Assembly (NCBI GenBank): GCA_963921275.4
Contig: OZ001293.3
Span: 2,912,001-2,976,000 of the forward strand
Origin: an uncultured Hormoscilla sp.
Lineage (GTDB): Bacteria > Cyanobacteriota > Cyanobacteriia > Cyanobacteriales > Desertifilaceae
Direction of reading: 5' to 3'
Length of the DNA stretch: 64,000 bases
The position numbers and the translations under genes are program-made. Of this stretch, positions 57,343-64,000 are shown in pieces (the stretch's first letter is position 1; each line of letters opens with the position of its first letter). Below the pieces are notes generated by a model. The model was not told where the DNA came from. It worked only from the letters and a program-made list of their open reading frames with translations, and made no database searches.

Positions 57343-58198
57343 ATGAGAACAGATACATGATTTTACAAACTATTTCAAACATTTCCCAGCTTGTTGTTTG
57401 AACTGCTGGTCGCCATCTTTAGCAGAAGGGTATGAGTTTTCATCCCGAGAAATTAAATAATTGACTCGGAGATTTGACGGCATATTTTTGCCCGAGTCTG
57501 AAGAAGCTGACCAACTCATCTACTTTGTGGAAGTCCAGTTTCAACCCAAAGAGGATTTTTACTGGCGCTTGTTTACGGAAATCTTCGTATACCTGGGTCA
57601 ATATAAACTGAAAAACGATTGGTTGGCAGTGGTAGTATTTGCCAACCGCAATTTAGATCCAGGACTGCCAATACCCTATTGGGTGTTGCTTCCCAAATTG
57701 AAGTTGGTGTATTTGTCGGAGTTATCCAAACCATCAGATCCATCTTTGGGCTTGGAAATAGTCCAGTCGGCCCTAGGGTCTTCCCAAGAGGCCGTCCAAC
57801 TGACTAAGAAACTGATGCTCAAAGCACGGCAGTCAGTTGATGATATAGCCTTCCAGCGGCAGGTGATAGAATTGATAGAGGGCACGCTGGTTTATAAGTT
57901 TACCGAGTTAAGTCGGGAGGAGATCGAAGCTATGTTCGCGTTGAGTGACTTAAAACAGACGAAGGTTTATCAAGAAGGCAAGGAAGAAGGTAAGCTGGAA
58001 GGTCTCAAAGAAGGCAAGGAAGAAGGTCTCGAAGAAGGTAAGGTGTCGGGCAAGCTAGAATCTGTACCTGGGTTCTTAACACTCGGGTTGACTGTCGAAC
58101 AAATTGCTACGGCGTTAGGTTTAGATGTTGAAGTCGTTCAGCAGGCCGCTGTCCCTGCTGAAAATACCCCACAACAGTCACAGTCAGAAACTGATTAA
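57343..58198 (+). pseudogene. Rpn family copy 2, 5' end inactivated
   Basis: TGA at codon 6, a small deletion and GAA>TAA (~57458) relative to copy 1; 3' part intact. Confidence 0.85.
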
Positions 58199-58218
58199 GT
58201 CGGGAGGAGATTGAGGCT

Positions 58219-58422
58219 ATGTTCGCATTGAGTGACTTAAAACAGACCAGGGTTTATCAAGAAGGCAAGGAAGAAGGCAAGCTAGAATCTGTACCTGGGT
58301 TCTTAGCACTCGGGTTGACTGTCGAACAAATTGCTACGGCCTTAGGCTTAGATGTTGAAGTCGTTCAGCAGGCCGCTGTCCCTGCTGAAAAGCCCCCACA
58401 ACAGTCAGGAACTGAGAGTTAG
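58219..58422 (+). CDS. stand-alone Rpn C-terminal small protein (RpnS-like)
   Basis: Matches the C-terminus of copies 1 and 2 from the internal Met; GGGAGGAG SD upstream. Confidence 0.7.
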   Translation: MFALSDLKQTRVYQEGKEEGKLESVPGFLALGLTVEQIATALGLDVEVVQQAAVPAEKPPQQSGTES

Positions 58423-58728
58423 AAAGAGCTTATACCTAGGGTACGGGTTGGGCGATTTTGTAGTCTGCGCGGGCGAAGTTAAGTCTAGCCCCACGCCGTG
58501 TCTCCTGGGAGATCGATGTTTCCCGGGAAACATCCTAGTCACACTTCTTTTGGAGACACGGCCCCCTAGTTCCCACGGCTCTGCCTGGGAACGGGCTCCG
58601 GCGCGGTACTTCATATCGATGCTAGACAGGAAAGAAACCCGGTTCTTGAGGGAAATGCGATCGCCCGCCCTGGCCTGGACTAGAATAAAATCACATCACA
58701 AGGTTAATCGCGAGCGAAATTATCTCTT

Positions 58729-59112
58729 ATGAATCAAATTGCCCAAGACATTGCCGCCATTGATGACAAGCTCTCCAAGCGCGACATCGCCCTCGATATA
58801 GGCGGATACTTCATTATCTACCTGGATCGAGAGGCGAAGTTAATTTGTGCCAAACATTTCACTAATGCGATCGACTCTCGGGGCAGGGCTGTCGATCCAG
58901 AAACGGGCAAAGTGATCCCCGCACGGGGTAAGGTGGAACGCACCGCCGAAACCCTGTATACCGCCAGAACCGCCAAAGAATTATGTGTAAAGATTTTTGA
59001 AGAAGCCCAGCCTTGCCCCGTGACCCTGTTAGATCACGCTGCGTATCTGGGACGAGAATTCATCAGGGCGGAACTGGCTCTGATCTCTGGACAAGAGTAC
59101 GTTCAGGACTAG
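58729..59112 (+). CDS. DUF4346 domain protein
   Basis: LD.GGYFIIY, LDHAAYLGRE..RAE.AL..G.EYVQD. Confidence 0.88.
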   Translation: MNQIAQDIAAIDDKLSKRDIALDIGGYFIIYLDREAKLICAKHFTNAIDSRGRAVDPETGKVIPARGKVERTAETLYTARTAKELCVKIFEEAQPCPVTLLDHAAYLGREFIRAELALISGQEYVQD

Positions 59113-59142
59113 AATAGTTCATGGCAAGTAATGAACTAGCCA

Positions 59143-59853
59143 TCAATTTTGGTACAGCCAGAAGTAGGTAACCATCGGGATAATGGTCGCCAGAATTAGC
59201 AAGACAATCACCCAGGTGGTGGCGTTGCTGTTTTTGGTTTCTTCTGGGGTGGCAAAGGTGCCTTCTACTTGTATCTTATTTTCGACCACGGGGGGACCAG
59301 GATCCGGTTCGCCAGATAATACAGCTGCTAGTCGATCGGCTGCCGCCAAGAAAGCACGGTTATATTGATTATCATTGCGGATGGGGACTTGCATGGTTTC
59401 GGAGACCACACTCTGGGCAATATCATCGGACATCAGCTGTTTCACAGCCGCCCCGGTGCGGATCCCAGTGTTATTGGTCACGGTATCCAGGACGACTAAG
59501 GTTTGATTAGCTTGCGCTTCTGGGGTAGGAAACCACAAGGCAAGCAGCTTCTCGGCAAAACTGTCGATCGTTTCCCCGTAGTCCAGGCGGCGGATGGTCA
59601 CCATCCTGACTTCGTTGCCAGTTTCTTGGGCGAGTTTGGACAGCTGACTGCTGAGTTTGCCTTCATTGAAGCGGCTGATCGCTTCCCCCATATCGACTAC
59701 CCAAGTATTGTCACCCGCTGTCAGGTTCGGCATTTGATAAACGCCAGTAGCTCCAGCTGGCAGGGCGAGCAGCTGGGTGACCAGCAGCAGCGCCATTAGG
59801 GGCAAAATCAGGCGATCTAGTTGTGAGAGCAGTTTTCTCATGACCTTAACCAA
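59143..59853 (-). CDS. psb32: photosystem II repair protein Psb32 (TPM domain)
   Basis: ATGVYQMP, VTIRRLDYGET, VLSGEPDPGPP, C-terminal TM segment. Confidence 0.85.
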   Translation of the reverse strand: MVKVMRKLLSQLDRLILPLMALLLVTQLLALPAGATGVYQMPNLTAGDNTWVVDMGEAISRFNEGKLSSQLSKLAQETGNEVRMVTIRRLDYGETIDSFAEKLLALWFPTPEAQANQTLVVLDTVTNNTGIRTGAAVKQLMSDDIAQSVVSETMQVPIRNDNQYNRAFLAAADRLAAVLSGEPDPGPPVVENKIQVEGTFATPEETKNSNATTWVIVLLILATIIPMVTYFWLYQN

Positions 59854-59935
59854 AAGTTTGCATATTGTAAAATTATCTCTTTTGGGGGTCGATCGTGTTA
59901 GGTTCTGAGTATTGGATTTCCGATCATCTTGGACT

Positions 59936-60190
59936 ATGACTTCCCCAGAGCTTTACAAAGGTTGGCTGATTGAGGCAAGACAAGTGTTCTGCGTACAGGT
60001 GTGGAGTGCAGGTGGTGGTGATTGCGTTATCCCCGTTCACAACGCCCAAAATGAGTCAGAGGCTCTCGCCCTCGCGAAGCGCTGGATTGACATGCAAGGG
60101 TCTCCCGCAGAGTCCCATCACCCATCGGACTCCTCGGAAGAGCACGATCCCTTTCCCCTGGACTGGGACGACGACGATATCCCATTTTAG
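59936..60190 (+). CDS. small hypothetical protein with acidic DDDDIPF C-terminus
   Basis: ATG ORF; YKGWLIE...ALALAKRWID; tail resembles an SSB C-terminus. Confidence 0.55.
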   Translation: MTSPELYKGWLIEARQVFCVQVWSAGGGDCVIPVHNAQNESEALALAKRWIDMQGSPAESHHPSDSSEEHDPFPLDWDDDDIPF

Positions 60191-60272
60191 CCCTCGTTGG
60201 CTCGCAGCCATCGCCCCTGTGTACTTTTTGTTAAGGGGGCCGCGTGAGGGCTTTCGTCCGTAGTCCGAGAGT

Positions 60273-60704
60273 TTAACGATAAAGATTATGGCCAGGGTCT
60301 AACCAGACGATGTAAAAAACATTGTCTCTAAAAAATATATGTACCCTGCCATGTTCGTTAGCGGATATTTGAAACTGGTAGGCTGTGACTACTACCTTGT
60401 CTTCATTAGGAATGCCAAAGCCATTCGGTTCAGTAGTATCCTGCCAGTCTATTGGATGACATCGCAGACTTTTACTACGATTATTGACAATCTCTTGAAC
60501 AGTTAACTTGGATAAGTCCCGCAGTCTCTTCAAGAGGGCTTCTAGATATCTGACATCTCGCCCTCTAATTGAAAAATTTTCCTTGTCATCCTGATAATAC
60601 ATGAAGGAAAAGCTTACTTTGGGTATTTCTAATCCTAAGCGCTTGATCTCAGATGAGGAACCTTGGCTGCGAACATTTATCTTTTTCGGTTTTTTAGGCG
60701 GCAG
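60273..60704 (-). CDS. putative toxin paired with a Panacea antitoxin (start uncertain)
   Basis: VSFSF.Y, SLRCHPIDW, YQFQIS.NEHGRVH.F...VFYIVWLDP.H.LY; frame open upstream of the ORF-track Met. Confidence 0.6.
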   Translation of the reverse strand: MPPKKPKKINVRSQGSSSEIKRLGLEIPKVSFSFMYYQDDKENFSIRGRDVRYLEALLKRLRDLSKLTVQEIVNNRSKSLRCHPIDWQDTTEPNGFGIPNEDKVVVTAYQFQISANEHGRVHIFFRDNVFYIVWLDPGHNLYR

Positions 60705-61606
60705 GTTTTTTGTAGTATTCTATCATTATTTTTTTAGAAATGATAGCATTAGAATGTTGAGCGATTAGCAGCCCTCTCCTCGCCTTAAGTCAAGGGTCTT
60801 CCCGATGAACCATGATTTCCAGTTCAAAAGCATCACACATAAAATACTCCTCTGTTATTTTAGCTAAAAAATCTTCTACTGCTTGCGGCAACTGTGGTTT
60901 GTTCACCTGCTTGAGAATGGGTTTCCATTGAAATTTTTTGTACTCCTCAAATAAAGCCGGAATAGTAGGACCGGGTGCCCAAGCTTCAAAATCATCTTCA
61001 AACAGGGGAGTGTGGTCAATAGCCAGATGCCAAGCTTGGGCATAATACACCAGCTTCTGTAGCTTGAGATTACTGATGAATGAACCAGTATCGTTGGCAA
61101 CCCAAATGAAGTAATCTGAAATTTCGCTAGCAGTCGTTATCGTCCTTGCTTCGACAGCACGACTCTTGTAAAACTCTCTCATTGATTCTTGAGAAATTAT
61201 AGCATGAGAAGGTTCATCTCTAGGTAAACCTTTCCTGGCTTTAATCCAAGGATATTCCCGACAAACCATCATTTCTAGTTCTAAACCAGTGCCAAGAAAA
61301 TATTCTACTGTTATATCCTCCAAAAACTCCTCTAATTCTGGCGAAAACTGTGGTTGTTTTACTTCCTTAATAATTGGTTTCCATTGAAATTTTTTTGTAC
61401 TCCTCAAATAAAGCCGGGATAACAGGACCATGTACCCAAGCCTCGAAATCATCTTCAAACAGAGGACTGTCGTGAATCGCCAAATGCCAAGCTTGGGCAT
61501 AATATACTAGCTTCTGTAGCTTGAGGTTACTGATGAATGAGCCAGTGTCGTTGGCCACCCGGATGAAGTAGTCGGCTATTTCGCCAGCAGTCGTTATCGT
61601 CTTCAT
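60694..61606 (-). pseudogene. Panacea/DUF4065 antitoxin with two tandem domains, frameshifted
   Basis: Two ISNLKLQKLVYYAQAWHLA...FEAW.(H)GP units; extra A in the run at ~61390; TGA at 60790 where W is expected. Confidence 0.85.
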
Positions 61607-61697
61607 CGAACAGGTGTCCGGCCTGTCTAAAGTTGCTTTGCCGCTCATAAAGGTAGAGTAAGCTGACAACTGACAACTGACAACTGTCGAACTGACG

Positions 61698-62828
61698 TTA
61701 TCCGAATAAAGCCAATTGCTGAGGCGGCGATGAAAATGCAGTACCCGAATCGAGACAGACCAAAGCCTTGTGGATATTCTCGCCCAGCCGTCGAGCGAAC
61801 TCCACTGGCACGGCGTTGCCAATTTGGATCATAATCGATCGTTTGTTATTGCCCTTAAACTCCCAATCGTCGGGAAACGTTTGCAGTCGTGCATATTCTC
61901 GATGGGTGAAGGCTCTCAATCGTGATGCTGATATACGCCAGAGCTTTGCGTTGGCCTTCGGATTTCTGATATGCCGACCGTTGATACGATCTTTTACTTG
62001 ACGACTCGCTCGTACATTGCCCTGGGCCCAACCCCACACTGTTGCCGTGTCGATCGCGGGAAAGGGCCGATCGTAACTGCGAATCGGATGACCGTCGGAT
62101 GCGGTGCGGGAAAAGCGTACTGGCAAGACGCAATCAGTTGGGTCGAAAGGTTCGCCAGTTTCGATGTGAACTGCGCTCTTGAATCCCCAGACCGGATCGT
62201 GATTCGGTACAGTTGGTACGGGACTGAAGTTGTGAGCCAGGTCGAACAGAAACGGGCGAATGGAAGTCTGGCACTTGTCGGGTTGGGGTAAATAATAGCC
62301 AAGTGGCGGTGGTTCGCAAAAGGCGACGAAGACAAAGCGGCGGCGGGTTTGCGGGACACCATAGTGGCACATCTTGAAAATGTCGTGAAAGACGGTGTAG
62401 CCACAGCGTTCTAAATCCTGCGTAATTTGCATGGCTACGGGCTTACCTGTTTCCGGCGATTTCATCGTGCGTAGGTTGAGGACGTTTTCGATCGCGATGA
62501 TGCGGGGTCTTCCTTGTCGCGCAATCCGTAAAACCTGTTTATAAAGCTGATTTCTCGGATCGTCATCCTGACGGTTACCGCCCAGAGAAAAGCCCTGACA
62601 GGGAACTTCTGCTAGTAAGACATCAGGTGAAATCACCGAATCTAATTCAAATTCTCGGAGGTCTGCTTGGAGAACTGGCCAGTGGGGACGATTGTGCTTA
62701 AGCGTGGCGATCGCCCACGGATCCAGATCGATCGCCTGTCGGTGCTGAAAATCAGCTAACTCAAACCCCAGGTCTAGTCCTCCGGCACCCGCACACAATC
62801 CAACGACAGTGAAATTCGATTGACTCAT
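61698..62828 (-). CDS. C5-cytosine DNA methyltransferase
   Basis: AGAGG, PCQGFS, ENV, PQTRRR, RLQTFPD, QIGNAVP. Confidence 0.92.
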   Translation of the reverse strand: MSQSNFTVVGLCAGAGGLDLGFELADFQHRQAIDLDPWAIATLKHNRPHWPVLQADLREFELDSVISPDVLLAEVPCQGFSLGGNRQDDDPRNQLYKQVLRIARQGRPRIIAIENVLNLRTMKSPETGKPVAMQITQDLERCGYTVFHDIFKMCHYGVPQTRRRFVFVAFCEPPPLGYYLPQPDKCQTSIRPFLFDLAHNFSPVPTVPNHDPVWGFKSAVHIETGEPFDPTDCVLPVRFSRTASDGHPIRSYDRPFPAIDTATVWGWAQGNVRASRQVKDRINGRHIRNPKANAKLWRISASRLRAFTHREYARLQTFPDDWEFKGNNKRSIMIQIGNAVPVEFARRLGENIHKALVCLDSGTAFSSPPQQLALFG

Positions 62829-63611
62829 CGATCTTCCTCCTGACGTAGCGTTACAGTGGGTTGGTGAGAGTGACTTGATGAGCGATATGCAATGAAATGG
62901 TGCTGTTGTCCTGCCGATGGGTTTTCGGTATAGGTAGCCTGTAGCTTATTCGTCGTCAGGTCGAAATAGTATCCAGTCATCAGGCGATCGGTCTCCGTCC
63001 TTACGAGTTCACCCACAGGGATTAAACTATCCGACACAGGCCATGCGGCGGGTAGGATCGAAGTCATTTGTCGCTCCACACCATCCAACAAGCCAAACGG
63101 AGTCGGTGCAACGTACATTTTACGATCGCGCAGCAGCACGTCACCAAAGCTTCCCATACCGCGAACACTCTTGTTTTTATGCACGTAGCTATTATCAGCA
63201 TTGAGAAACGAACCGTGACAGAGAACGAGATCGTATACACCGTAAATATTTTCTGAGGGGTTAGCTGGATAACGTCCGAACACGTAGATAATTTCGCGAC
63301 CGCGATAGACACCGTGCGGGATCTGGCTGTTGCAATCATAATCGTTGACTCGTCCGAGATACCTAGTCCTTTAAGTTCGTAGCCCAGCGGTATATGCACG
63401 AGACGAAAATCAGATACATGTTGCGACCGGGTTCGTCAAAATCTATCTTTCATTCCTCAAGGCGTGCTTTGAACCAGTTTTGAAAGGGAAATTCTTTGTC
63501 ACGGCGGGATTGACGTTCAATCAGCTTGCCGTCGTCGATCGCTGTTTCACAAGCAATCAACATGGCAGTCACTTCGGCACTCAAGACGATGGGAGCGTTT
63601 GTCATTGACAT
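62825..63611 (-). pseudogene. putative type II restriction endonuclease, broken
   Basis: DKEFPFQNWF..*, GRNMY-DF...YELKG (PD-(D/E)xK-like), VFGRYP..DRKMYVAPTPF; one stop and two frameshifts; overlaps the MTase start. Confidence 0.65.
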
Positions 63612-63806
63612 AAGTTTAACATACAGGTGCTGCAATCCCAACCTACGACCGATGTCTCCTGCATGCGCGCAGCGTGCGCGCAGCGCAATCGCTAATCGCA
63701 CTTCTCCGGGAGACACCGCGAAGGGGCCTGCGGCAACTGAGCGCCCCAACACCTGTGTAAAAGCCTCAAGCTTGTAGGAACATCTAGGTTGAAGATCAGC
63801 GATCGC

Positions 63807-64000
63807 CTAATCTTGGAGAAACTGCACCAACTGTTCCAACTTGGTCCACGCAGCACCACTGGATAGGATATCCTTAGCCACCTTAACACCCTCTGCATGA
63901 GCCTGAAGTGGCACAACTCCACCCACCTGAAGGGCCAAAGATGCATTCAATGCCACCACATCCTGCTGGGCCGCTGTACCCTTGCCTTGCAGTACATTGG
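63807..64000 (-). CDS. trpD: anthranilate phosphoribosyltransferase, 3' end (partial)
   Basis: [24 protein letters not shown]...[18 protein letters not shown]. Confidence 0.85.
   Translation of the reverse strand, partial: NVLQGKGTAAQQDVVALNASLALQVGGVVPLQAHAEGVKVAKDILSSGAAWTKLEQLVQFLQD

Overview
This is cyanobacterial chromosomal DNA: the HIP1 octamer GCGATCGC is very dense, and clpP/clpR, cruA-like, psb32, csaB, ycf49, queC/queE and the carA-STAS-mini-III-rlmB-DUF1816-gatA-dnaE block are present. It is probably a filamentous lineage with an eroding genome: core genes are intact, while many accessory genes carry single nonsense codons, frameshifts or deletions. Main unusual features: (1) Several families of very small dispersed hairpin elements (15, 24 and 42-44 nt) are inserted, mostly at C|G and in multiples of 3, inside coding sequences, including five in dnaE; their stems covary around fixed loops. 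(2) An 869-nt ORF-less group II intron splits an RTX-tailed vanadium haloperoxidase gene next to a TIGR03032 gene. (3) dnaE is contiguous and intein-free, with a duplicated C-terminal OB-fold. (4) An Rpn (DUF2887) tandem array ends in a stand-alone copy of just the internally initiated C-terminal small protein. (5) A decaying defence island holds a double-Panacea antitoxin plus toxin, a type II R-M pair and a small ORF ending in an SSB-like DDDIPF tail. I found no rRNA, tRNA or CRISPR array. All assignments come from reading motifs by eye; no database searches were run.
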